From Acutalibacteraceae bacterium (lineage in GTDB: Bacteria > Bacillota > Clostridia > Oscillospirales > Acutalibacteraceae), in assembly GCA_045651085.1 (NCBI GenBank), contig JAZRRV010000048.1, forward strand, positions 1-30,860: a DNA stretch of 30,860 nt. Direction: 5' to 3'. The translations under genes were made by a program, and so were the position numbers. Positions 1 through 8,900 of this stretch are shown one piece after another. Each line of letters opens with the position of its first letter. The first letter of the stretch is position 1. Below the pieces are notes generated by a model. That model was not told where the DNA came from, searched no databases, and saw nothing but the letters and a program-made list of their open reading frames with translations.

Positions 1-32
1 TTTCTTTGAGTTAAAATTTGGATAGTCTATTG

Positions 33-78
33 AAAGAGAAAATCCGAACCCGCCGCCTATTAGACGGAGGTTCGGATT
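33..78 (-). terminator. Intrinsic terminator downstream of tRNA-Pro
   Basis: Inverted repeat AATCCGAACC (41-50) / GGTTCGGATT (69-78), followed on the minus strand by TTCTCTTT, directly 3' of the tRNA. Confidence 0.75.
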
Positions 79-87
79 ATTCGTGTT

Positions 88-164
88 TGGTCGAGATGAC
101 AGGATTTGAACCTGCGGCCTCTGCGTCCCGAACGCAGCGCTCTACCAAACTGAGCCACATCTCG
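88..164 (-). tRNA. tRNA-Pro (anticodon CGG), CCA encoded
   Basis: Reverse complement reads CGAGATGTGGCTCAGTTTGGTAGAGCGCTGCGTTCGGGACGCAGAGGCCGCAGGTTCAAATCCTGTCATCTCGACCA. It has the acceptor stem CGAGATG/CATCTCG, D-arm, anticodon stem CTGCG/CGCAG with loop TT-CGG-GA, GGTTCAAATCC T-loop and 3' CCA. Confidence 0.98.
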
Positions 165-185
165 CTATAGCCAAAAGCATAGGTT

Positions 186-214
186 ATTATACTCTGTTGT
201 GGGTGGTTTGTCAA
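186..214 (-). promoter_or_regulatory. SigA/sigma70 promoter of tRNA-Pro
   Basis: Perfect consensus TTGACA-17 nt-TATAAT on the minus strand, ending about 22 nt upstream of the tRNA. Confidence 0.9.
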
Positions 215-247
215 GGATTTTTGCATATCTTTTTTCAAAGAGATACA

Positions 248-276
248 TTGCTCTTTTTTGGGGGATATGGTATAAT
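248..276 (+). promoter_or_regulatory. SigA promoter of the YfhO-family gene
   Basis: TTGCTC-17 nt-TATAAT with extended -10 (TATGgTATAAT). SD AAGGAG lies just before the ATG at 318. Confidence 0.75.
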
Positions 277-317
277 GCAAACAGTGTGAACTTTCATTCG
301 ATTTTCTATAAAGGAGA

Positions 318-3300
318 ATGGTTATGACGTTGCGTACAACCAAACCGAGCGGTGCGTTTCATCGGTTATGGATGCCGCTGATGGTTTCCGGCGGATTTGC
401 CGCGGTGGTGTTTGCGTGCCTGTGGGGGTTCGGCAGGTGGAATCCTTTGGAGATTGATACTGCCACCGCTAACGGTGTGGCGCACAAAGCACTTTGTTGC
501 GTTGGTGTGGCGGTGTTGCTCGGCGCGCTTATTTTCGTGTTATCGCGTGAGGCGTTGTGCGTTCACCGTGAAAAGGTGCAACACGCGGCGTGGTATTATC
601 CGTTGCTTTCCGGTTTGTTGTCGCTGGCGGCTATGTGCGTGGCGTATTCTTTTGTGGGTATGTGGCCGTTTGGCGAAAAAACGGGAATGGCCGTGGATAT
701 GCACCATCAATACGCACCATTGTTATCCGGCCTGCGTGATGCGATTCTTAACGGCGGCAGCCCGCTTTATAGTTTTGAAGTGGGGCTGGGCGCGAACTAT
801 ATGTCGTTGTTTGCGTATTACTTGGCGAGTCCGTTTAATTTGTTGCTCACGCTGTTTCCGGAAAACTTATTGGCGGAGGGCATTTTGCTGATTACATTGC
901 TCAAAAACGCGATAACCGGTGCGTTGTTCGCGTTTTGTGTGCAGCAGGTGTTTCGCAAGCAGACGTTGGTAATCCCCGCCGTCTCGGTAATGTACTCTTT
1001 AATGATGTATCTGCTGGCGTATTCGTGGAACGTGATGTGGCTGGACGTGGTTATGGTGTTGCCGCTGGTGGTTTACGGGTTTGAGCGCCTAATGCACACG
1101 GGCAAGTACCTCACGTATGTGTTATCGCTGGCGTATGCGTTGTACGCCAACTACTATTTGGCATTTATGTTGTGCGTGTTTTTGGTACTGTATTATGTAA
1201 CCTATTGCGTGTGTGCGCAACGCACCGGCAACCAAATCGGCGTGAGTTTCGCGCGTTTTGCCGGCTATTCCGTGCTGGCGGCGGGGCTGGTGGCGGTTTT
1301 GCTGGTACCGGTCTATTTTGCGTTAAAGTTAACTTCGGCTGCGGGGGATGGGTTGCCTGCTATTAACAGTACGCGCGATATGTTTGAATTGCTTGGCCGA
1401 CATTTGGCAGGCACGTCACCTACTATTCGTTCCGGTAATCTGCCCAATTTGTATTGCGGCGTATTGGCGGCCATCGGTGTGCCGTTGTTTGCGCTTAATC
1501 GCGGCATTCCTCTGCGCCGGCGGGTGGCCTTTGTGGGCTTGTGGTTGGCGTTGGCGTTTAGTTTTTTGGTGAACTGGAGCGATTTGTTGTGGCACGGGCT
1601 GCATTCTCCCAATGACTTGCCGTACCGCTATTCGTTCTTGTACAGTTTTGTGTTGTTACTGATGTTGTACGAAACACTGCTGCACGTAAAGGAAATTACC
1701 GTAAAGCAGGTGTTTGCCGTGTGCGCCGGTTTGGTGGCTTATTTGGTGATAGAAGAACGTTTTGGCGCGGAGGAATACAATTTCCAAGTGGTGTACGTGA
1801 ACTTAGCACTTATCGCCATATACACGGGCATACTGGCGCTCGCAGCACATAGGCGTTTGCGGCGGCGGTTGGCGTATGCAATGTTGCTGCTTGCGGTAAC
1901 GGCGGAAATGATGTTTGCCGGCGGCAACGCCATTTTGGAAGTGAATCGCAACGAATATTTTACGCGACACGACGATTACGTGGATAACGAACTTACCACG
2001 GCGTTGCACGCGGCGGTGGAAAAGGCACAGGCATTGGGAGATGAAAAACTGGGCGAGGATTTTTACCGTTTGGAATTTGTGCCGCGCCGTACATGTGTGG
2101 ATACCGCGTTATTCCATTATCGCGGCATTACCAATTTTGCTTCCAGCAATTACTATACCACCACCAAATTGATGGGGGGACTGGGCTATGCCATTAACGG
2201 TGTAAACAGTCACTTGTATCATTCATTCGTGCCGTTTACGGATTCGTTGTTTGGCGTGCGGTATTTTATTACGCATTCCAACATTGCGAACCACCCGCAA
2301 CTGCAACAGCGCGCCACGGTAACAGCAGCGGAGACCACCCTGTATGTTTACGAAAATCAAGATGCGCTGGGGCTGGGGTGCGTTGTGGATTCCGCCGTGA
2401 AAGAGTATTATTACAGCAAATACAACCCCTTGGGCTCGCAGGAAGATTTGTACGGTATGCTGACCGACACCTACTTGCCCTTATACGAATTGAACGGGTT
2501 TACGGCAGAAGAGGGGACGGGGGCATCCGTTACCTATCCTTTCCCCGGTTTTCGGGTAGACCCGCAGGGTGAAGGCGCGGGCGCGTACTTTACTGCTACC
2601 GTAGAAAAGGCGGGTCAGGTGTTTGTATTTGCCGATTGTATGGCGGCAGAGTCAATGACGGTATCTTGCGGCGAAAACAGTTGGCAGGCATCTCCGAACG
2701 AACCCTATATTTTGGACGTCGGCGTGCAGCAGGCGGGAACCGAAATCACGTTATTGGTAAGTGCCGAACAATCTTGCACCGGTAACTTTTACGTCGCCAC
2801 GTTAAACGAGGAGGCGTACCGCCAAGGAATGGACGTTATCTCCGCCAACCCGCTTACGGTGACTGCGTTGGAAGGAAATCGCGTGACCGGTACAGTCACT
2901 TCATCGCTGGACGGTACCATGATGACGAGCATTCCGTACGATGCCGGTTGGACCGTTCGCGTGGACGGCACGGTGGTGGAAACGTTTGCCATTGGTGAGG
3001 GCCTTTTGGGCTTTGACGTAGCGGCGGGGAAACACACGGTAGAACTGGTGTATTACCCGCGCGGCTTGTGGGTTGGTTTAGGTATCAGCAGTGTGGCGTT
3101 ACTGGTGTTACTGTTGATGTTGGTGTGCCGTCCCCGCCGCAAGAAATCTGCCAAACCAACCGAGTATTTGGATTACGACACGGCACTGCCGATACAAGAG
3201 GGGTTTGTGGCCTCCCCGTTGGTGTTAACGGAGGAGCGGCCGCTCCCCGCCACGTTTGAGGAATTGACGGCAGAGACACCGAGCGACAACACAACACCCC

Positions 3301-3356
3301 CTGTGGTTGAACCAACAGCGGAGGACGATGAGCCGCCCGCACCCAAAGAGGAATAA
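318..3356 (+). CDS. yfhO: YfhO-family polytopic membrane protein (GT-C fold, predicted glycopolymer glycosyltransferase)
   Basis: 1012 aa with many hydrophobic segments. YfhO-like motifs: D-x-H-H-Q-Y-x-P, GLGANYMSLFAYYLASPFN, NVMWLDVV, WHGLHSPNDLPYRYSF, SIPYDAGWTVRVDG, GKHTVELVYYPRG followed by a C-terminal TM helix. Confidence 0.85.
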   Translation: MVMTLRTTKPSGAFHRLWMPLMVSGGFAAVVFACLWGFGRWNPLEIDTATANGVAHKALCCVGVAVLLGALIFVLSREALCVHREKVQHAAWYYPLLSGLLSLAAMCVAYSFVGMWPFGEKTGMAVDMHHQYAPLLSGLRDAILNGGSPLYSFEVGLGANYMSLFAYYLASPFNLLLTLFPENLLAEGILLITLLKNAITGALFAFCVQQVFRKQTLVIPAVSVMYSLMMYLLAYSWNVMWLDVVMVLPLVVYGFERLMHTGKYLTYVLSLAYALYANYYLAFMLCVFLVLYYVTYCVCAQRTGNQIGVSFARFAGYSVLAAGLVAVLLVPVYFALKLTSAAGDGLPAINSTRDMFELLGRHLAGTSPTIRSGNLPNLYCGVLAAIGVPLFALNRGIPLRRRVAFVGLWLALAFSFLVNWSDLLWHGLHSPNDLPYRYSFLYSFVLLLMLYETLLHVKEITVKQVFAVCAGLVAYLVIEERFGAEEYNFQVVYVNLALIAIYTGILALAAHRRLRRRLAYAMLLLAVTAEMMFAGGNAILEVNRNEYFTRHDDYVDNELTTALHAAVEKAQALGDEKLGEDFYRLEFVPRRTCVDTALFHYRGITNFASSNYYTTTKLMGGLGYAINGVNSHLYHSFVPFTDSLFGVRYFITHSNIANHPQLQQRATVTAAETTLYVYENQDALGLGCVVDSAVKEYYYSKYNPLGSQEDLYGMLTDTYLPLYELNGFTAEEGTGASVTYPFPGFRVDPQGEGAGAYFTATVEKAGQVFVFADCMAAESMTVSCGENSWQASPNEPYILDVGVQQAGTEITLLVSAEQSCTGNFYVATLNEEAYRQGMDVISANPLTVTALEGNRVTGTVTSSLDGTMMTSIPYDAGWTVRVDGTVVETFAIGEGLLGFDVAAGKHTVELVYYPRGLWVGLGISSVALLVLLLMLVCRPRRKKSAKPTEYLDYDTALPIQEGFVASPLVLTEERPLPATFEELTAETPSDNTTPPVVEPTAEDDEPPAPKEE

Positions 3357-3357
3357 G

Positions 3358-3394
3358 AAAAATTGCTGTGCGTTTTGCGCACAGCAATTTTTTT
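3358..3394. terminator. Bidirectional intrinsic terminator between convergent yfhO and dusB
   Basis: AAAAATTGCTGTGCG-ttttg-CGCACAGCAATTTTT, with A and T tracts on both sides, between two convergent stop codons. Confidence 0.9.
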
Positions 3395-3401
3395 ATGAAA
3401 G

Positions 3402-4373
3402 TTAAGTATCTTCATTTTCGCGCAAAACGCGGTAACACAACCTACGCAAATCGTCCATTGTGCAAATGGTGCCTGCCTCACCGCGAAAGATGGCGGCGCC
3501 GCGCACTTCGCGCAGATACCACGATGCGTGCTTGCGCGCCTGCAACAAGGCACATCGTTCCCCTTTCAGGGTGGCTGCCAACTGTACTTGCTGGCACAAA
3601 ATATCCAACCGTTTAGCCAGTGGTGGTGTGGGGAGCAGAGTGCCGTGATTCAAATACGCTTCCACCTGTGAGAACACCCACGGCGCCCCCAGCGCGCCGC
3701 GCCCAATCATCACCAAATCGCATCCCGTAGTTTCGTACAGTGCGGCGGCACTGTGTGCCGAAGTTACGTCGCCGTTACCAATTACCGGTATCGAAACGGC
3801 ATCCTTCACGGCGCGGATACAATCCCAATCCACCGGCGGGGCATACATTTGGTCACGCGTGCGCCCGTGTACCGTAATGGCGGCGGCGCCGCCGCGTTCA
3901 CACGCCCCAGCCACCTCTACGGCGTTCACTTCGTTTTTGGCATATCCTTTTCGAATTTTTACGGTAACGGGTATGTCCACCGCCTCGCAAACGGCTTTAA
4001 CCAAGCGGTAGCACAGGTCGGGGTGGCGCATTAACGCACTGCCGCAGTGATTGCCGGCAATTTTGGGGGCGGGGCACCCCATATTGATATCTAACCAATC
4101 CGGCTGTTCCGCCATAACCAGCCGCGCGGCACGTGCCATCGTTTCGGGGTCGTCTCCAAACAACTGAATCGCCGCCGGACGCTCGCGCTCGCACAAATGT
4201 GCCAATTCGCGGCTTTTGGCATCACCGTAGGTGAGTGCCTTGGCACTTACCATTTCCGTAACGGTAAACGCCGCACCGTAGTCGCGACAAATGCGACGAA
4301 AAGCGGCATCCGCTACGCCGGCCATAGGCGCCAAAGCGGCTTTTCCTTCAATTTTCACATTCCCAATGTACAT
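3402..4373 (-). CDS. dusB: tRNA-dihydrouridine synthase DusB
   Basis: Motifs LAPMAGV, TEMVS, IQLFG, catalytic DINMGCP, VTVKIRKG, VHGRT, GNGDV and MIGRG. SD GGAG 8 nt upstream of the start. Confidence 0.95.
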   Translation of the reverse strand: MYIGNVKIEGKAALAPMAGVADAAFRRICRDYGAAFTVTEMVSAKALTYGDAKSRELAHLCERERPAAIQLFGDDPETMARAARLVMAEQPDWLDINMGCPAPKIAGNHCGSALMRHPDLCYRLVKAVCEAVDIPVTVKIRKGYAKNEVNAVEVAGACERGGAAAITVHGRTRDQMYAPPVDWDCIRAVKDAVSIPVIGNGDVTSAHSAAALYETTGCDLVMIGRGALGAPWVFSQVEAYLNHGTLLPTPPLAKRLDILCQQVQLAATLKGERCALLQARKHASWYLREVRGAAIFRGEAGTICTMDDLRRLCYRVLRENEDT

Positions 4374-4410
4374 ACTGCTTCTCCGTTTATGAGCGTTTTA
4401 TTACCAACTT

Positions 4411-4439
4411 AGTGTATCACATTTTGCCGTATCGGTCAA
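4411..4439 (-). promoter_or_regulatory. SigA promoter of dusB; its -35 overlaps the amidase stop codon
   Basis: TTGACC-17 nt-TACACT with extended -10 TGTGa. The TGA of the -35 box is the amidase stop codon. Confidence 0.65.
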
Positions 4440-5008
4440 CCGACGGCCGTGCTGTTTACAAAGGAAGTAATGCCGTTGGCCACGCCCAGTGCGAACAGTT
4501 GCGGCGAGTTTGCCATCAATGCCGCGTCACCGGGATTGGTGATGAATCCCAGTTCCACCAGCACCGCCGGCATCCGCGTGCGCCGCAGCACATACAGATT
4601 CGTGCGTGCGGTCACGCCGCGATTGGGCAACCCTGTAACGGCGGACAGTTGTTCCACAATGGATTCGCCCAGTGCCGCGGCGGTGGAGTTAAGGCGATAT
4701 ACCAACGCTTCCGAGCCGGAAGCCGAGGTAATGTCCGAGGCGTTGGCGTGTAAACTGATAAAGTAATCCGCGCCCCAGGTGTTGGCATCGTTCACGCGTG
4801 CCGCCAACGCCGAGGCGTTGGAAGTGCCGAGCTGAGTTTCTGCCGTGGGGCGGGATAGGCGAACCTCGTATCCTTGCGCACGGAGAATGTCGGCCAGTTC
4901 CAAACCGATGGTAAACACCAAATCCTGTTCGCGGTAACCGTTCCCTTCGGCACCGGCGTTGGGGTTTTGTGGATTATGCCCTTGGTCAATGTAAATTTTG
5001 GTTGCCAT
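4436..5008 (-). CDS. N-acetylmuramoyl-L-alanine amidase (Amidase_3), catalytic domain only
   Basis: Zinc ligands and catalytic motifs IDQGH, E of YREQDL, ISLHAN, GSEALV and AVLVELGFITN. SD GGGAGG. No signal peptide or cell-wall-binding domain is evident. Confidence 0.93.
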   Translation of the reverse strand: MATKIYIDQGHNPQNPNAGAEGNGYREQDLVFTIGLELADILRAQGYEVRLSRPTAETQLGTSNASALAARVNDANTWGADYFISLHANASDITSASGSEALVYRLNSTAAALGESIVEQLSAVTGLPNRGVTARTNLYVLRRTRMPAVLVELGFITNPGDAALMANSPQLFALGVANGITSFVNSTAVG

Positions 5009-5068
5009 ACCGTGTCCTCCCTACCCGTGATACTTTCAGTGTATGCAGGGCGGCTTGGCCACGAAACC

Positions 5069-5100
5069 AAACGCCCGACGGAATTCCGTCGGGCGTTTTT
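5069..5100. terminator. Intrinsic terminator after wecB (perfect palindrome, possibly bidirectional)
   Basis: AAACGCCCGACGGAATTCCGTCGGGCGTTT (5069-5098), right next to the wecB stop at 5103. Confidence 0.8.
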
Positions 5101-5102
5101 CA

Positions 5103-6209
5103 TCATCGTGTAGTTGTGCCGAATTCCAAGATATCGGCAATACGTTTGGAGGCAAGTCCGTCGCCGTAAGGGTTGCTGGCGTTGCTCATTTTTGAGTATT
5201 CCGCAGGGTCTTCCAACAACTGTTTGAAGTTGCGGTAAATAACCTCCTCATCGGTCCCTACCAACTTGAGCGTACCGGCGGCAATGCCTTCGGGGCGTTC
5301 GGTGGTATCGCGCATAACCAGTACCGGTTTTCCCAGCGAAGGGGCTTCTTCCTGAATACCGCCGGAGTCGGTCAAAATCAAATAACTGCGTGCCAAGAAG
5401 TTGTGGAAATCCAGCACTTCCAGCGGCTCAATAATGTGAATACGGTCGTTATTGCCCAAAACAGAATCCGCTGTTTCGCGCACAACGGGGTTCATATGAA
5501 TGGGATAAATCGCCTTCACGTCGGGGTGTTCATCCAGCACGCGGCGAATAGCACGGAACATATGCTTCATCGGTTCACCCAGATTTTCGCGGCGATGCGC
5601 GGTAATCATAATTAAACGGCTATCCGCCGCCCACGCCAATTCGGGGTGGGTATAATCATCACGCACGGTGGTTTGCAGCGCATCAATCGCGGTGTTGCCG
5701 GTAATGTACACGCTGGATTCCACTTTGCCCTCGCGCAGCAAATTTTGCTTGGACAGTTCGGTGGGGGCAAAATTGTATTGGCTGATAATGCCCACTGCTT
5801 GACGGTTAAATTCCTCCGGGTAGGGGGAATAGATGTTGTAAGTGCGCAGTCCGGCCTCCACGTGGCCAACCGGAATTTGCAGGTAAAAACATGCCAGCGC
5901 CGTAACAAACGTGGTGGAGGTATCGCCGTGTACCAACACAACGTCGGGATGTTCCGCTTCCAGTACACCTTTAATGCGTTCCAAAATGTTGGTGGTTACG
6001 TCAAACAACGTTTGGCGGTCTTTCATAATGGATAAATCGTAGTCCGGTACCACGTCAAACGCTTCCAGCACTTGGTCCAGCATTTGACGGTGCTGACCGG
6101 TAACGCACACAATGGTGCGGCACCCTTTGCGGCTTTTCAGTTCGTTCACCAACGGACACATTTTAATGGCTTCCGGCCGTGTGCCGAAAACAAGCATGAC
6201 GGTTTTCAT
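5103..6209 (-). CDS. wecB: UDP-N-acetylglucosamine 2-epimerase (non-hydrolysing)
   Basis: Motifs VFGTRPEAIKM, VTGQHRQML, VHGDT, GHVEAGLRT, ITAHRREN, TDSGGIQEEAPSLGKP and NPYGDG. Start moved to MKTVML at 6209 because SD AGGAG precedes it. Confidence 0.96.
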   Translation of the reverse strand: MKTVMLVFGTRPEAIKMCPLVNELKSRKGCRTIVCVTGQHRQMLDQVLEAFDVVPDYDLSIMKDRQTLFDVTTNILERIKGVLEAEHPDVVLVHGDTSTTFVTALACFYLQIPVGHVEAGLRTYNIYSPYPEEFNRQAVGIISQYNFAPTELSKQNLLREGKVESSVYITGNTAIDALQTTVRDDYTHPELAWAADSRLIMITAHRRENLGEPMKHMFRAIRRVLDEHPDVKAIYPIHMNPVVRETADSVLGNNDRIHIIEPLEVLDFHNFLARSYLILTDSGGIQEEAPSLGKPVLVMRDTTERPEGIAAGTLKLVGTDEEVIYRNFKQLLEDPAEYSKMSNASNPYGDGLASKRIADILEFGTTTR

Positions 6210-6225
6210 AAAAGCATCTCCTAAA

Positions 6226-7656
6226 TTATTCGTGCATTTCCTTGATTTTGCGGACAATAAAACCACGGTTGCTGATTGCCAAAATGGCGATTACGGCGGC
6301 AATCCAATACCGCAGGGTGTTGCTCGCGTATAACAGGTTGCACAGTATGCAAGCACCGATACACACCACGGTGATGAGTAACAATAATTTACTGTTGTAC
6401 ACCTTGTCCGGACTGCTTTTGCGGTAGCCGATGTAGTGCATCAGCACCAACACCGCATACGCAATCAGCGAGGCGTATGCCACACCGATGAAACTGTATT
6501 TGGGAATGATTATCCAGTTGAGCACTACGTTAATAACCATAGCAGCAATCGTTGCAGTGGTAATGTATTTGGATTTTTTATTAAAGAACTCAATATTCGC
6601 AAACAGGTTATACAACGCCGAAAGGAACGCCACGCCCGCAATGGCGGGAATCGCGTAAACGCCTTGGTAATATTCCGGCGGGGCCAGTATTTTTAGCACT
6701 TCCGGTGCAATCAGGCAAATACCGAAACACGCAATACCAAACCCCAACATTAAAATGCACGCGGTGTTGTTAATCCGCTTGTATTCTTTGCGGGATAAGT
6801 TTTCAAACGTGAACGCTACCAGCGAGGCATTGATGGCATTCCAAATGAGCGAGGCAATCATACTAATATTGGCTACCACCGAATAAATACCGGCGGCCGA
6901 TTCCGAATCCATATTTGATAACATAATGCGGTTGGAACCGGACATAACGTGTTGTGCCAAATAGTGCGGAATTAGCGGAAGCGCAAACCGGAGGGTTTGC
7001 TTCCAAATGGGGCGGTTGATAAAGGTGCGACCTCGCCAAAAGGCCAAAACATACAGCGGGATAACAAAAATAAACGAGGCGAGCTCCGTGCACCACAATT
7101 TAACGTAAGCCGCCGTACCGTCACCCGTGTTAAGTACGCCGAAAATGGAAACAATTTGCGAAATCAGCGTGGAGCCAATGGTAATCACAAAAGCCAGTTT
7201 GTATTTGTATTCGTACTTTTGCCGTGTAATCCAAAAAACGTGTGCCGGATTAAACAAAAAGTGCAAAAACATTAGCACAATAAGGTTGGTGGGAAGTAAA
7301 AAAGATTCCCCAATAACAACTTTAAGTACCGCAATTACGCCGAACACGGCGAAGGTGGTGAGATTGCACAGCGTAAGTATGGAGGAGATGTATTGGTTGC
7401 GCGAATCCTTATAGTCGTTTAGTCCCACGTTGAACACACCTGCGGAGGTAAGCCCCAACAAGGCAAATACGTCAATAATAGACACCCACGAGGTGTAGGT
7501 GGCGATAATGCCGTACTGCGTAGTGTCCATTAAGCGGGTAAAAATCGGCGTGGTGATAAAACTCACACCTTTAAGGAAAAAGGACGAGAGAATAAACGCA
7601 ATGGAGGATTTCACCGAATCGGGAATTGCGCTCCATTTTTGAATCATCTTTTTCAT
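6226..7656 (-). CDS. wzx: Wzx-type oligosaccharide flippase (left operon)
   Basis: 476 aa with about 12-14 hydrophobic segments. MOP/Wzx-like motifs FITTPIFTRLMDTTQYG, FALPLIPHYLA, AGIYSV, NVVLNWIIIPKY and GVAYASLI. Confidence 0.88.
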   Translation of the reverse strand: MKKMIQKWSAIPDSVKSSIAFILSSFFLKGVSFITTPIFTRLMDTTQYGIIATYTSWVSIIDVFALLGLTSAGVFNVGLNDYKDSRNQYISSILTLCNLTTFAVFGVIAVLKVVIGESFLLPTNLIVLMFLHFLFNPAHVFWITRQKYEYKYKLAFVITIGSTLISQIVSIFGVLNTGDGTAAYVKLWCTELASFIFVIPLYVLAFWRGRTFINRPIWKQTLRFALPLIPHYLAQHVMSGSNRIMLSNMDSESAAGIYSVVANISMIASLIWNAINASLVAFTFENLSRKEYKRINNTACILMLGFGIACFGICLIAPEVLKILAPPEYYQGVYAIPAIAGVAFLSALYNLFANIEFFNKKSKYITTATIAAMVINVVLNWIIIPKYSFIGVAYASLIAYAVLVLMHYIGYRKSSPDKVYNSKLLLLITVVCIGACILCNLLYASNTLRYWIAAVIAILAISNRGFIVRKIKEMHE

Positions 7657-7660
7657 AGCA

Positions 7661-8872
7661 TTACAGCGTTTCCAAGACGTACCGCGCTATCCTTTCTGAA
7701 GAATCCTTGTCGTCCACGTAGCCGTAATCGTTCAGCAATGTCGCCACTTGCTCGGTGTAGGCATCGCCGTCAAAGGATGCAATGCCATCCAGCAGTTCGG
7801 GGAATGTGACTGCGGCAGGAAAGGGAAGTTGCTCCGGGGGCGTGTAAAACCCGCGCTCGTGCTCGGCATAATAGGCCATATCCGGAAAAAATAAAAAGCA
7901 AGGCCTGTCCGTTAACGCAAAATCAAACATGGCCGAACTGGCGTCGGTCAGTAACGCATCGGCACACGCTAAGTATTCCGCCATATCATCGTGTGCGTTG
8001 CCGTTGAGGATTTGTTCGGGGTAGTCCCGTTGCAGTTGTTCCCAGTTCACTTGTTGCTCCACGTGGTAATGGAAGCGGCAAACCAGCGCCCAGTCGCCGC
8101 CAAACCGTTCCGACAACGTGCGGAACAAGGCGTTAAAATCCATTGCCTCCAATTGCGATAGGCCGCTGCGCTGGATGTTCTTATCGCCGATACCGTCGCC
8201 GTCGCTGCGGAACGTGGGCGCAAATAACAGTATTTTTTTGTTTTGCGGCAACCCCAGTTTCTCTTTTAGCGTTTCCGCTTGTTCGGGTGTGCCGAACAAT
8301 ACGTCGTTACGGGGTGTGCCGATAAGCTCCATTTGAATTTTGTCGAAGGTTAGGCGCTGCATAATGTCCAGTGTATAGCGGTTGCCCAACAACATCGTGG
8401 TGCGCGGGCAGGAAAAGTCCCGCACCTCACACCCCACCTGGTCACGCCCCATGCGTTTAAGCGGCGTGCCGTGCCACGTGGTGAATACGTGTTGGCGACG
8501 TTTGTTCTTTAGCCACCGATTTAACGAAAACTTGAGTTTGGCTCCGCGACCGTCACTCGTACGCTGGTCGTTTTTATCACCGTATACGTTGTCCACAATC
8601 GCGTGGGCGGTACCGCGATACCACAGCGAAGCCAAACGGTTATCAATATCTACCGTTTTGGCATAGGCGGGAACCAACGCACGGTACGGTTGTTTTACCA
8701 GCCACACAATCTCCGTATCGGGGCTCAGCGTGTGGAGTGCTTGGGAGATGTATTTCGGATTATCGGAATAATGGCCGTCAAAACTCGTAAATAATACGCG
8801 CCCGCGGTGAACGGGCAACAGTTTTTGCACAAATAACACGGCCGTGGATTTTGCAAACGACAAAACGCTCAT
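7661..8872 (-). CDS. CDP-glycerol/polyol-phosphate transferase family protein (TagB/TagF-like)
   Basis: Motifs YSDNPKYI, TWHGTPLKRMG, GTPRND, LFAPTFR, DALLTDASSAMFDFAL and ERGFY. Confidence 0.9.
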   Translation of the reverse strand: MSVLSFAKSTAVLFVQKLLPVHRGRVLFTSFDGHYSDNPKYISQALHTLSPDTEIVWLVKQPYRALVPAYAKTVDIDNRLASLWYRGTAHAIVDNVYGDKNDQRTSDGRGAKLKFSLNRWLKNKRRQHVFTTWHGTPLKRMGRDQVGCEVRDFSCPRTTMLLGNRYTLDIMQRLTFDKIQMELIGTPRNDVLFGTPEQAETLKEKLGLPQNKKILLFAPTFRSDGDGIGDKNIQRSGLSQLEAMDFNALFRTLSERFGGDWALVCRFHYHVEQQVNWEQLQRDYPEQILNGNAHDDMAEYLACADALLTDASSAMFDFALTDRPCFLFFPDMAYYAEHERGFYTPPEQLPFPAAVTFPELLDGIASFDGDAYTEQVATLLNDYGYVDDKDSSERIARYVLETL

Positions 8873-8900
8873 AATAACGCCTTTCTACCAAGCGGTGGCA

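Noticed and set aside
1-164. tRNA-Pro 3' end as an integration site for the polysaccharide region
   Set aside because: No integrase and no second copy of the tRNA 3' end were seen. The tRNA is followed directly by its terminator and points away from the locus.
77-343. 88-aa minus-strand ORF
   Set aside because: It runs through the tRNA-Pro gene and two promoters and has no recognisable motifs; spurious.
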